A stretch of DNA of 61,553 nt, counting the filler, from Sphacelaria rigidula (lineage: Eukaryota): assembly GCA_964200075.2 (NCBI GenBank). It is 5 parts of 5 records of this genome, joined end to end, with 100 filler letters (N's around TTAATTAATTAA, not from the genome) between each part and the next. Parts side by side here need not be neighbours in the genome. Positions count along the whole stretch, not along the records: positions 1 to 12,232 come from CAXNAA020003980.1; positions 12,333 to 24,563 come from CAXNAA020003981.1; 3 more parts are not named here. One strand, 5' to 3'. Positions 1 to 12,623 of the stretch are shown in pieces; positions within the stretch are counted from its first letter, which is position 1, and every line of letters begins with the position of its first letter. A program made the position numbers and the translations under genes. The notes beneath the pieces are model-generated. The model saw only the letters and a program-made list of their open reading frames with translations, was not told where the DNA came from and did not search any database.

Positions 1-73
1 CTCCGGAAATCGAACCCCCCTACTCAACCATCAGAAGGTTACGAGGTTACCAACTGAGCCACCGGGGCGACCG
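1..73 (-). mobile_element. tRNA-derived SINE-like head (truncated by contig end) inside an intron
   Basis: The reverse complement reads CGGTCGCCCCGGTGGCTCAGTTGGTAACCTCGTAACCTTCTGATGGTTGAGTAGGGGGGTTCGATTTCCGGAG. It has a Pol III A-box (TGGCTCAGTTGG), an anticodon-like stem-loop AACC-TTCTGAT-GGTT and a B-box (GGTTCGATTTCC). The acceptor 3' half is not visible, so it is not called as a tRNA. Confidence 0.6.
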
Positions 74-191
74 GCTATCGATAACGCAAATCAAGCCGAA
101 AAGATTATATGTCATCACTCGCGCTGTACACCCGCGCTCGTTTTGCCATCATGACGAAATACTACACGGTATCGTGACGAGCCAGCCGTAC

Positions 192-3100
192 CTCAGGAAA
201 GCGAAGATGCAGCTGATAGCCAACTGTCCTGGACTATCGCGGAGCGTAAATACCAGAAGCCCGGTCAGCATCAAACGCCTGATGCACTCGCAAACCTGCT
301 CGTCATGCCCAGCAGAGATCGCGGGTGTGAAACCACTTGGTTAGGTAAAATATCGCTGCACTCACCGTCGATGTATCTACGCAAACGTTTGTTGACTAGC
401 ACTCACCTCGTAGTAGTATCGGCTTGGATAGTACGCTCCCCACAGAAAGGCAGTTGGGGCGACCGTTTCGTCCCTCAGGCGTTGCTCGATCTTCTCCCGC
501 TGTCGCCAAAGGACACGGGTAAGCATAGAATACACTCGATATTTGTAGCGATACGCAGTTTCACGGCCTGTACTCTGTACGGTGCACTCCACCGAAAGCT
601 GGCGGGCCGGGCAGAAAGGCAACTTCATTGTGCCGGGACGATGCGACTGTGAGTTGGAGGATTTTTCGGAAGTGCTAACAACACGTACGCGGCAGTTGAC
701 GAACAATGCAGAATCCATTTCAACAGGGTAAAGCTTGCAAGACAGTGGGTTTCAAACGATGTATCGGTACAGTGTGGGTCTGACATAAACCGTATAGACC
801 GGTCTTATACCTATCAGTCCCACCAATTGGAAGTGAGTGGCAAGGTCAGCGGTGTTGATAAGATTCCATATAAGCAGTGAGAGTCGCCTCGCAACCTGTC
901 TAACGACGCCCTCTCATATATAATCCGCTTCCGGATCCACTACATGCATACTCGCATGTGCACCTCCGAAAGGACCAAGACTGAGTGAAGGTCTTGACGC
1001 CAAGATGCAGTCGTTGTAAACGTATTGGGGTGTGTGATATCACGAAGGGTTCATCTTACCACAACGTACTCCTTCCCCATGTTCGCCAGATTATCAACGC
1101 AAGGGTTTATCTTGAACCTCTGTCGCACGAGGAAGAAGCAGAACGCTGCAGGAATCCCGAGAGGATCTGCATCGCCAGCACAACGAGAGTAGGACGGAAA
1201 ATAAAAACAATATCGACATAGCAAATGCGGCGTACCTCAAGGTAAGAGGGGTTTCAGTTCCGGTGCAATCTCAGCATGAGTGCTTTGATGAGTAGTTCTG
1301 AAAAAAAGACTAGGGAAAAATGATGCACTTGCCCAAGTATTAGCAGAAATGAGGTGTAACTCAAGCACGCCCGTTTCCCGAGACCGCAGGTATAACTTTA
1401 TACTTGACTGTACATTCGTCTTCGCAGTTGGGCTCATCTTTCATGAACCGGTGGGTCCAACATACACACAATAAACGAACAGGCTGAACATAATTTTGTG
1501 TGTAGGATTAGCGGTTATGGCGAGACTCACAAATGAGGATGCAAAAGCTTGCGTACAACTTGTACGCACGATGTCTTGGTGTGTCACATTCCAGCCTGAA
1601 GTCCGCCCGTAGATAACTTACGCCCACCTCTGGCAAATCCTGGCAAGCAAATGTCTGGAAAACCTGTACATGGGGGCATCAATTCGAACTTGAACGGTGA
1701 GTGCTGTGAAAGGATACATGCTCGGGGCGTGTGAATATACATGCTCGGGGCGTGTGAATATACTAGACATGCTCGGTACAACTGGTGGAACTACCATTCC
1801 GTGACTTGAAAGCGGCGCTGACCATTGTGCATTGCGTCAACTTCACGCTTGTCCCAGCCAAACACTTGGGTCTTAATCCTTGGGGCACCCGCATTACCTG
1901 TTTCGAGTACTTGGATATTCGCAGCCACGGCTGTAACATCGTCTGCATCGTGCAAGCGTAGATATTTATTGATAAGACTTGCTCACTCAGTAGAGGTCGT
2001 AACAAAATATCATCACTACAGTAGCCAACGGCAATGACTGATAACTATTCCGACTCCCTCCAGAAATGCGTCCAGCCGTAGACCTAGTAACCTGGGCGCT
2101 AACGACGGTCAGCTGAAGCATTTGTACGTCGAGGTCAAAATGCATGTAGGCTATCATTTTGAAAATGGACCGGGCACCCACTGCTCCAACATCTCACCGC
2201 CGTAGAAACTTGAGAATACATCAAGTAGAGAACGACGAGGGCCATTGTCGTGTGCCGGGAGAACAGCCGACTCTGCGCCGCGTTGTGCCGATGATATATT
2301 GTAGTTTCCCGGCCCGTCATAGTCATCGATTTGATTTCGCGCATGGCGACCGGACGGGGGAAAGGGCAAAAACAACGGACGGGGCGAAAGCTTTTGAGCT
2401 GTGACCTCGAACAGTCACTCACGGCAGTATTCGTGCGAAGCTTGACGCGTGACAAAGCATGGTAATATATCGGATACACCATGGCCACATAGGAGAGAAG
2501 AGGCAATGGCGACAGATCGTAAGCACCGTCACAACTAGCAAAAAATGAAATCCACATGCCGCAGGGCAGTCATACATCACAAACGACCCGAGCACACACA
2601 TACCGCCAACACTACTGCAGGTACTGACCAATACGTCGAGGATACCTCCCTGTGATGTTTTATACCAGGTACGTTCACACCACAAACTTGTGCTACGATA
2701 CGACCTTTGAGCGACAGCACCTGTATACACCGACTGTAAGTCCCTCCGTGAGCAGACCCCCACACAAGTCATCCCATTCAAATCCTCAACACGTCATATT
2801 TACAGGTGAATCATGCCACCTCCGACTTATCGAACGTTTAATTGAATGGTATGAGTGTATTATTCCATTCAAGCACCTGTTCTGAGTTTCCAACGGATAT
2901 CACCCCGTTGCCTCCGCCTCGTCCCGGGGGCGAGAGGAAGAGGTCTTCATTTCCAACTCCGCATCGGTGCCCCACAACAGCTGTAGAAAGAGCTTGCGTT
3001 GGTTTGGGCACTTGATCCCTCGTGTTCAGGTCGGGTAACGGGTGGGTAGTGGAATCGTTTCCCCCGTGTGCGGAATGTTCTTCAGGCATCTTGGTTACAC

Positions 3101-6100
3101 GAGTAGAACGTCTCCTAATCCTCAGGGAGACAGAAGATACCGAACCTTTTGTTGTCCTGGAGTGTGCAAGCACCTCCGACTCTCCATGAAGAGAACGTCC
3201 CCGTCGTCGTCGCCGGTACTGACTTCCCACGTAAAATGTCACTCCCAGAAGGCCGAGTACTACCGCTGGACCAATGGTCACTACCCTGAATCAAACAGAT
3301 GCATTTCGGGTGCTCTAGGTTTAGAGGGTTCAAAATATAGAACAGGTGTTCCATACTTTGTATCCAGTTCGCGCCTGATAGAACCATAACTGCCAATTGA
3401 CCCTGCACGTACTGCCTAGCTTGGGTTCACAGTAAGACCGATAACTCCTCGTGCTTGCCCTCGTGTTATTTGAGTAAGGAGTGCACTCATGGGAGCTACC
3501 ATACGCCCCTACAGGATCCTCGTGGAAAGCTTTTCAACAAGCGCGGATGTGGCAAAAGCGGGAAGTCATATTGATGGAGTCGCATGGTTTCCTAGTCAAC
3601 GACGTCTCGGAACTAGCTGCGCGCGACCACTAGTTTGAAAAGACACGAATATGTAGAGCAGATGCTTCCTATACCATATTTTTGCCAGCTACTTTCGCGT
3701 ACTATTTACTTCAGTATTGTGTCTCTTCAGCATTTTGCTTGGGGGGGTGCATCAGCTGGCGACTTGTTCACATACCTGAGTTTGTCGTAGAAGTCGATTC
3801 TGGTGTTGATGCACCCGGCGGAGAGAATATGGCCCAGGTCGAACGTGAAGACGCCAATAATCGACAGGAATTTTCGGTATATCGGCGGAAAAGGTGCTTG
3901 CGTTATCTCCGTAAACTGCCGAGTAGGAATGAGAGGGAAAGGGGGTGGATAGGTGACGTTCAGCTGAACCAGATCTGCTTTTATTTCTCTGACGTTACGT
4001 GTGTCCTCGGGGGTACTTTGTTGCAGTCTGACAGCCACGCGAGGGGGCTTACCACAGCATACGAATCCTTCCTTCCTGTCACGGTACGCACATTGGCGCC
4101 GTGGCTACCATGCGATAACGTGTCCCGTTCACGCGATGTGGCTGCAAGATTTGAGGGGGAGAAAATCGTGTGTGAACAAGAAACAATTGTGTAGACAACG
4201 CACCAGAAGATGTCCTTCCCTATCCTCCCAGAAGATATCGTGTGTAAGCGACCAAACCCTGTGTAGACAATGTGCCTTGTATAGACCACGTGCCGAACGG
4301 CTCGTCTCGTGCTCTTCTTCAACCGATGTCGAAATGGTTATGATAGAAAAGCACGGCATGGCGTTGTTGCAGCTCTGTAATTTATTGCCCTTCAATCAAA
4401 CTATTTTACCGCAGGCAGGCACAGGCATGTAGATTCTGCGGAAGGTTGCGGTAGATTCCCTTCCTACTTGAAACCATCCCCACCCCCGTGCGTGCCCATA
4501 ATGCCCATGCCCATATTTGTACGTCTCACCGCACCCAAAATTTGCCAAATCACTGCAATAATCCCGAAAACGGAGAGGAGGAAAAAGACACCAGCGGGAG
4601 TCCAACAGCAATGATTCGGTCCGGGGGGCACACCAGCAACCGCGCAGACGGAGCCAAACATTATTCGGGAGCAACGTGCAGAAATTACAACGCAGCAAGG
4701 GCAGGACGGAATATCGAGGAAGGGCATGAGAGTGGAGGCGGAAACGCTGGAGTAGCAAACACTGGTCTTGAGATGATTTCTGAATCTGTAGCAAACGGAA
4801 GACATCATCCCAGCACTTCCTCAATTCATGGCCGTAGGCGACGGCATAATAGAAGATACATTTGAACGAAGCATCAAGCTCGCCCGTGAAAAGGGTCCAT
4901 CACACAGACACGATGCTTCTCATATTTATGTGACCTTGCGACACTCGGGGTAGTGTAAAAACGCACGTCCGTCAAACTTTCCGGTTGATATACACACTAA
5001 CCAACACGGGTCAAGCCACATGCGCTTTGTGGGCAAGAGTCGCCACAACTAACAAAAGAGTACCCAGGAGCGAACAACAGGAGGACACATGCAGTAGTGA
5101 TCGATTGTTTTTGTCGCACACTCACTGCTCGGCCAGAAATCATGCAGTGTTTATATCATAGACGTACCTCAGGTAAACCGCCGGTAACACTCGCTTGCAG
5201 ACACTCGATGCGTCGAGTGGAAATGCAAAACAATACGGGGAGAAAATGAACGCAATCATGTCACACGAGCTCCAGGCTAAGGATTAGTAGCGGTTCCGAG
5301 GGAACGACTGCCCACTGACATCCCGCCAAGACGCAAACACTGGAGGCACTGCAACAAGCAGAAGGAAGACCTATGCCTTTCATTTCAACTATTGAAGTCT
5401 CAAAAGGATTGATGTCTCGAAAGGGACACAAAAGGCACCGACGACCAGTCAATCAGTGATACTGCGATGCTCAGACAACTCGCCATGACCCCGATAACTT
5501 CCCACGATAAGAACGCACCAACGACGATCTTCAACTTAGACAATGGTAGCTTCGACCACAGATCGATGACGAGATTCGCAATCTTAGTCCTCTTCTCCGC
5601 TTCCCGCGGCGTTCCACCACTTGCCGCGAGTGCAGGCTTGTCGTCGTCGAGGATGTCATTTTCTTCGGCCGACGCAGCGGGAGCAATCCGGGATCTACTA
5701 GGCTCTCTCTTATTTTCCATCTTGCCGACCGTTGGCGAGCGACTGCGCCGTGGTTGACCGTCATTGTGCTCCGACGATTGCAGCCCCTGCCTTGATGAGG
5801 AACCCGAGATGCCGTTGATGTGCGCAGCCGTCGGTGAAGATGACCAACTTCTACACCCCCTGTCGTTGTTGACGAGCTTCACAGATTGTAATGAAACAGC
5901 GGTGTCACTGTTCCGTTCGCGTTCGACGCGGCTCCTACCGGAGGATGGGTCGTCAAACGCTCCTTCTTCCCAGATTGGCCGCTCCTCTTTCCACTCCTGA
6001 GTATTGTCGCTATTGGGAGCCATGACCCGCACCGTCATGGAAAAACCGTCAACCCCGCCCCGGTGAGCAATGTCCCGACCTGATCATGGCCATCGTGTAC

Positions 6101-6389
6101 CAGCGGTTACAAACTAGAGGGGCTGAGGGAAACGAAATAAAGGAGAACAGTGAAGACGCCAGACCTTGAGCATTGGTGCAACTGGCTGCATATTCATCTT
6201 CCTTGCATTTACGCTTGGTGTCTATCACCCACCCTTCTGATTTCTTCTTCTTCAGGGAGTACCCATTTTGTTCTACCTCGGGTACGTCCATCATGTAACC
6301 ACGGCTGGATCCCGGGGAAACACGTTCATGTGCGATAACCAACCAACCAAACAAGCAATCGAATAAACACACGCGCGTGTGTTAATGTA

Positions 6390-6420
<31 letters not shown>

Positions 6421-7864
6421 CGACCCTGTTTAGCGGGCGTAGATTGGGCGCGACAAACTCGTGAGTCGAAAATGGACAATTGCGGCTGCTACGTGCGCAC
6501 AGAGGAGCGCTGAAGTGCAGCTGAAAGCTGGTCCTACCTCGTCCCACAGTCTGAAGTATCTCCCGAGTCCTTTGTTTAGTCGATCTTACGGCTCCTTGAC
6601 CACCCACCTAATGGCGCAGGGCATAAAGCGCAGGTTGAGTGCGACTAACGCATCAAAAATGTAGAGTGTGAGGGTAGGACGGAAGCTGGTTGACGATCTG
6701 GCTCGCTTAACGAACACGTTGCTGGTCACATACTCAAGAAGACCGAAGGTCCGGGCATCGGCGTATGGTGATGAAAGACCAATAGAGCACCGAAGTTGTC
6801 GAGCATAGCACGCTTGTTTGCCAGCAAAGCGGGAAATGATTGCGGCCCCGTCAACCCCTTTAATGGTTGGCTTGCTGCACGGCGAATAGACCCACAATTT
6901 GCTCATGTGTAACATTCTAGGGTGCGATGACAGCAAATAGAGCTCATCACTAGTATATTTTGACCGGGTAAATGAGCATTCTCGAGTCCTTGTTGACTCA
7001 CAGATGAGTCAGATGCGGCACCCACTCTCACTTGACAATCCACGCAGCGGGCATACACTCTCCACACACAGCAATCTCCACGCGGCTTCAAAAAGCACGA
7101 CTGAGTTCTCCCATCTCAGGTGCCGACAGAGACATCATCTAGTGCAAGAGGGTTTATCCGATGTGCGCGGGTATATAGAAAGGTAGCTTCCCCTCCCTGC
7201 CTTGAGCGCGGAACTAATACCCACCATTCCATGGAATTGTTTCGTCGCACCAGATATATAACCAGAAGAACCGTAAACATGAACGTGATGAGCGCCACTA
7301 GCGCCGCCAGGGTGTACATGACGCGTCTGAAATGGCCGGTGCACTGGTGACACTCGTTGCCCGCTCCTCGACCGTATCCTTCGGAACAGACCGCGCAGTC
7401 TGAGAAACACGCAACGAAGGCCATATTAAACCAGGGATCAGAAGTTTTGACGATCGCACATACCCCACCAACGCATGGCACTAACCCACGAAAGCACCAC
7501 AACAAAGCCCCTTCCTCCCTCGCGTCACAGAAAGCACTCGACCACGACATGATGGAGTACCCACACTGATATCCAGCGACACGAGAATGATTCGAGGCGG
7601 GGATTGGTTTTGATAATATGGATGAGCCCATATTATGGTGCGTTTATCGTGCTGTGCGAGTCGAACGTGAACCTTGCTTCAACGATAAAACTGTTCCATA
7701 ACTCCTTTCATTTGAAGAACACTAACGCCGAACAGGTATCGTGGAAACCGCTGCATCCCCGAACGACACAAATCTCAGCATAGTCGTGACTTACACGGCC
7801 CTTCATAAGCGCTGCTGCAGTATTCATCCACATCCCCCACGTTTGACCCACCGTTGCAAGCAGC
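192..7864 (-). CDS. Partial multi-exon gene: Cys-rich region followed by a multi-pass transmembrane domain (stramenopile family usually annotated polymorphic membrane protein-like / GPCR-related)
   Basis: 12 exons with AG/GT borders and consistent phases: 7864-7795, 7399-7251, 6607-6538, 6079-5519, 4552-4530, 3915-3776, 3285-2877, 2272-2198, 1663-1531, 1166-1060, 499-407, 295-192 (1934 nt, 644 codons, no stops). The joined protein contains ACNGG..YCSSAYEGPYCAVC, KLKIVVVIWQILGAFTEIT..PPIYRKFLS, FYDKLRVVTIGP, LYLMYSQVSTAVFQTFAC..YLRADFRLEC, YPLGIP and FLWGAYYPSRYYYEVCECIRRLMLTG. Both ends run off the contig. Confidence 0.92.
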
Positions 7865-8345
7865 CTAACAAATTACCACACACGAAAGGCGAGGGAGAGG
7901 TGGGGGGGGGGGGGGAGCAGCGAGCGTGATCGCAAGAGGGGCAATCGGGGTCGCTAGACAAACGTAGTACAAAGCACGAAGGTCGCAAACTATCGACATG
8001 ACGACCCAGCAAGCTTGTGGTGTGTGGTCAATGCATGATTCTTCAGGTGTGTTCGTGCTTTTGGTCCTCAAATAGAGGGGGGTGGACGACGCCCCCCTGA
8101 GTCCATCTTGTGTTTGGCCATCGTCGTCGGCTAACGACGCTCGACAAAAGCATCCAACAATCTAGTACACTTAATAACTCTCGCAGATGATCTCACCCTG
8201 GACAATACAATATGTAATATATGTTGCGCGCTCAGTATGTCGACGTGTCGGGTGGTCGATATATATCGGGCGAGCAAAATGATGGCACGAGAGACAGGTC
8301 AATATATATCGACCGAAGATTATAGCACGACACGCGCCATCTCAA

Positions 8346-10420
8346 TATGAGCTGGGCCAGCCTGGAGGCGGATTTGAAGTTTGCAGGGCCATGCGCCGGC
8401 CAATATGTAGATTTGGAGCGTAAATTTTGGTATGGACAATGCATAGGGCATGAAAAAAGAAATTGCGAGTGTACCAAACATATTTTTTTTCATGATTTAA
8501 CCCTTTCAGGACCGGCCCCCCACTAACACCGGGTTTACCCTGTGTTAGTGAAAAAATAAAAAATAAGTCTCCGAGGGACTTTCCCAATCACGGCGAGGCG
8601 AAGTTTATCGGCCAGACCCGAACGACCAGCGCGGGGATTGTTGGCGATTGTGATGCCACTGCAAATATCGTGTCGGGCCCTATCCCTGGCCCAGATAAGC
8701 CTTCCCAAATTTCCAAGTGCAGGGAGGTCGGAACTTGGTCTCTTTGGTATTACTTGCACTCAGTATAGCGTTCTCGACTTTTTCCGGAGGGTTTTTCGGG
8801 TCATAATTATATACTAAAACGTAGTAATTACACCAACATAAAGTGGAGCGGAAAAAACCGGGAAAGAGTGTACATGCTACAACGTGATCACTTTTACGAG
8901 GCACTAAACCTAGGTGGGCCGTGAAAAGACAAAAGGAGCTACCGTCATGAATTCTGCTTGTCCCTGTGCCGATGACTTGCAGTGTGCAGTTAATATGCAT
9001 GTAGTGGATGGGGATGAAGAAGCGGTATAAAGGTGGTTGACCTCGGTAGCTGAGAATTGCCCAGAACGTGCAAGGGAGTATGCAGCGGCAGCTACTTCTT
9101 CAGTCGGAGAGGCGTACTACACTGTGCTACTGTACTATACTGTTGTATGCATGCACGCCGCAACGCTGATACCCTCCGAAGACAATTTTGCGCATGCAAT
9201 AAAGGGATAAATGGCGGTCCACCCCGACCACAAAGGGCTGTGGCAAGGTGATGGGGACAAGAGAATCATCCAAAGCCACAAGTGGCGGGCGTGTCGGAAG
9301 CTCTCTGCCGCGTCCCATACTGCTTGCTAGATCAGATGTACACTACCCAATACGCACCCTGCACCTGAAAATGGATCGGATGAAACTTTCCGTCTTCGTC
9401 ATAACCCTGCGGTTACATACGCGGATTTTCAGCAAAACGCCATTGTTTCGTGCAGACGCCAGACACGTCATTCCTAACCAGCCCCATTGGTCCTTCTGAA
9501 GGCCCGGTCCCAAAAGGGTTAAATGGCATTTCACTGATACCTGATTACTGATTATTGTAGTTAACTCATGAAAACAAAAATAAATTGATACACTTGTGAA
9601 AAAAAAATTCATGCCCTATGCATTGTCCATACCAAATTTTACGCTCCAACTCCAAATATTGGCCGGCGCATTCGCCTTGTAAGAACCGGGTCGGTAGAAA
9701 TTCGGAAGATTATTTCGCAGGCCATTCAACGGCCCACATTTTGTTGTTGTGTCTTGAAATTTTCTGTGGGTCCTCGCTGGGGCATAATTAACAAAACTCA
9801 GTGGGTCTGGTTGTTTCTTTCATTCTTTTCACTAGTTTGGGGCGTTCTACTACAGTGGAGACCATTTTTTCACGAGAACGCCCGAACCTCTATGGAAAAA
9901 ATTGAAAATTGAAGGCCCATTTGTTTTTTTCATTCGACACACCTTCGTGGTTCTCCATGGTAAGTTTCAAATCACACCTATAAAAATTAAGCTAGAAAAT
10001 CAAGATAACGCCTAGGAGCAATGTCCATTTCTCCCCGAAACTCAACTAAAAACGCGAAAAAAAAAAAAATGAAAAAAACGAAAGAAAAGTAAAAGCTGGT
10101 CAGTCAATTTTGTTAGGCACTAGCGGTTCCCCATACGAAATTTCGTAGCAAAACTCTCAAAACCTGAGACGCGATATCCAGATTTAGGGCATCCAGGGCC
10201 TCTGCTCGTAATATATTGATTCTAGTATGTAAAATTATGTGCGCCATATCTCGAGATAGATCACGACCTGGGTGAAGGTGAGAGTATTTATCGTCTCCCT
10301 GTGCTGCATGGAAGATCCACACCAAAAACGTCAGCATCCGGTGTATTAATATTTCATATAGATTTCAGTGTGGACGCTATCTGCGTACGGTATAGGAATT
10401 ACTAGGCATGGGGTTTAGCC
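8346..10420 (+). repeat. Dispersed repeat family with GAGCTGGGCCAGCC ends; this copy contains a ~110-bp-arm foldback
   Basis: Starts ATGAGCTGGGCCAGCC. Arms 8391-8500 and 9561-9671 are inverted copies. Segment ~9830-10415 aligns by eye to ~15595-16160 and, reverse-complemented, to ~23985-24563. Confidence 0.7.
8501..9518. mobile_element. Non-autonomous piggyBac-like element (1018 bp)
   Basis: TTAA|CCCTTTCAGGACCGG ... CCGGTCCCAAAAGGG|TTAA: a 15-bp TIR with 2 mismatches, CCC/GGG termini and a TTAA duplication. No transposase ORF is visible. Confidence 0.8.
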
Positions 10421-11099
10421 AAGATATATTGCATACCGTGAAGGCGATGGGTGGCACCGCACCAGTGGCCAGATAGGTATCAGAAGGCATATATACGGCG
10501 TCGCCTCTTCTGTCATCACATTCTTCGGCCAATATATATATATACATAAATCATACGTATTCGACAACTCTTCGTAGCAATGCACGCAAACTTCTGCGGC
10601 TTCCTTTGAAGCGTTTTCCAATCGGCACGGGCTTCGGCATCCATCGCGTCTGGATCTATCTCAAAGCGTACACCGTACGTGTAATACCCAATAAAAATTA
10701 TATATTGACCGGCCAGTACGTTGGCACACACGCAGCCCCAATATATTTTGACCGGGCAATATGTTTTCACAAATGCGACCCTAATGTATATTGGTCGTGC
10801 AATATGCCGTCGCCCACACTTTCCCAATGCAGATTGATGGGAGAATATGTGTGCAATCCCACGGTACCAATATATATATATATATATATATTGGGCGGGC
10901 ATTATGTATGCAGTCCCGTCAATATATATGAGGTGCGCATTACATGTGCAGTCCGAGGGTACCAATATATATTACGGCGGCAATACATCACAAAGTTCCA
11001 ATATAATCGACTAGTATATATTGAAAACATAATGAGTTGTCCAGGGTCTGCACATGATGGAAGCCGTGAAGGTAGAGACGAGGAACCACACGGAAGTGC

Positions 11100-12200
11100 A
11101 TCTCATCACAAAGAAATCAGCAGCATCGGTGATGTCACTCCCAATATCCACAGCCGCACTGGCCAGGCCTGGACGTGCTTCTACAAGTACGGCAGAGCGG
11201 TATACGACAGCCCGTACATCGCCCTCACCACCAAGGTTCATCTCCTGAAGACTGAAGTAATCGAGTTAATTCTGTACGGCTGCGTGACCTGGCGATCGCA
11301 CACGACAATTTCGGTTCGTTGCGGAAGGCCCATCGAGGATTGCTGCTGAGGTGCCTCAATAAGCATACCCCAAGCCGCAGCGCCCCTGACTACCGCATGC
11401 TGCCATACCATGAAGTCCTCAAACGACTCAGCTGTGAGTGCATTGAAGCCACAGTGATGAAGCGAACCCTCCTACACGCCGGCCGCGTTGTGCGCATGCA
11501 CGATGAACGCCTCCCAAACATCGCCATGCGTGGAGTCATGGTTGGGGGGAAGACGAGGGCAGGCCGACCAGCAAGGCGCCTACAACACTGTATGACGCAC
11601 TACTGTTCGCACTTCGGAATAAATGCGACATCGTGGATGCAGTTTGCCCAAGATTTGTCCGAATGGTCACGAGTTGTAAAGGAGGGGGCTAACATGTACA
11701 TGACAGCCTGGACGAAAGTATGCCACGCTCAGGAACTGGTTGCCGTGCTACCACCAGAGCTCCCCCAGTGCCTACCGAGAACCTCCAAAACGTAACCAGT
11801 AGTCCATTGGGTAGTACACTCACTAGTACACCTGCGCTCTTTCCGAACAGCTGTGGTGGTGGTCTATGAGGGTGCCTGGGGTTGTTTTTCAGTTGCCCCC
11901 CGCTCGGTGGCCTTACTTATCCCTTTGTGTACCATCTGCCTTTCTTGTCTTTTCTTTTCTTTCCCTTTTCTGCCGATGTGCTCTTCTTCACAAATCTGAA
12001 GCTCCTTTGTATTTTTTCCTTTTCACCCCGATTGAACTCGGGGAAGCTACTCCTCATGTTTTTTGGGGGGGCTCTCCTCTTTTTTTCATTTTGGTAACAT
12101 TTTAGTTATTGCATTTGTTCTTGTAATCAGACTGGAGTGTTGAAACTAAATGATGGATGACTCTATAATCTGTAAGGAATAGCAAGGACGGTATTGGAAA
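11100..12200 (+). mobile_element. 5'-truncated RTE-type LINE fragment (C-terminal RT region and 3' UTR), frameshifted
   Basis: Translates to ...TKVHLLKTEVIELILYGCVTW / LRKAHRGLLLRCL..RTLLHAGRVVRMHDERLPNIAMRG..GKTRAGRP, the typical post-RT region of RTE elements. A pyrimidine-rich tail follows. Boundaries are approximate. Confidence 0.85.
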
Positions 12201-12232
12201 GACGAGCCTACGTCTGTGACCATGGGTTCGAG

Positions 12233-12332
12233 NNNNNNNNNNNNNNNNNNNNNNNNNNNNNNNNNNNNNNNNNNNNTTAATTAATTAANNNNNNNNNNNN
12301 NNNNNNNNNNNNNNNNNNNNNNNNNNNNNNNN
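12233..12332. other. Artificial contig spacer (N44-TTAATTAATTAA-N44)
   Basis: 100-nt block containing a six-frame stop linker; the same block occurs four times in the window. Confidence 0.98.
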
Positions 12333-12623
12333 CTTGCGGTGGGTTTTGGAGTCAGTCCACGACCAGGTTAGTTTTTTTTTTTTTTTTTTTGGCCCCCCCC
12401 CCCCCCCCCCCCCCGAAATTAGAGGGTTATTTTTGTCCCGGGGACCTTCCAAACGGCGTCATATGGCACACATTAGCCCACCACATACCTTGACACTCGA
12501 CACTGCAGTTTCGGGATATTCCTCCACGCACAGCCAGAGTACTGATAAAAAGTCTAATTATGTCATCGCGGAGCATGCTGGCATGTCATCTCGATACGAC
12601 TGTGCTCCCTACAACAAAAACAG

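Larger units (their letters stand above)
8192..11050. mobile_element. Non-autonomous hAT-like DNA transposon (2.86 kb) carrying nested insertions
   Basis: Ends CTCACCCTGGACAA ... TTGTCCAGGGTCTG form an imperfect TIR. The 8-bp flanks CAGATGAT (8184-8191) and CACATGAT (11051-11058) differ by one base. The same TIR bounds the element at 41125-41288. An 8-bp TSD is typical of hAT. Confidence 0.7.

Noticed and set aside
12277-12288. TTAATTAATTAA as a biological motif with ~12.3-kb periodicity
   Set aside because: It always sits inside N44 flanks; it is an assembly linker with stops in all six frames.
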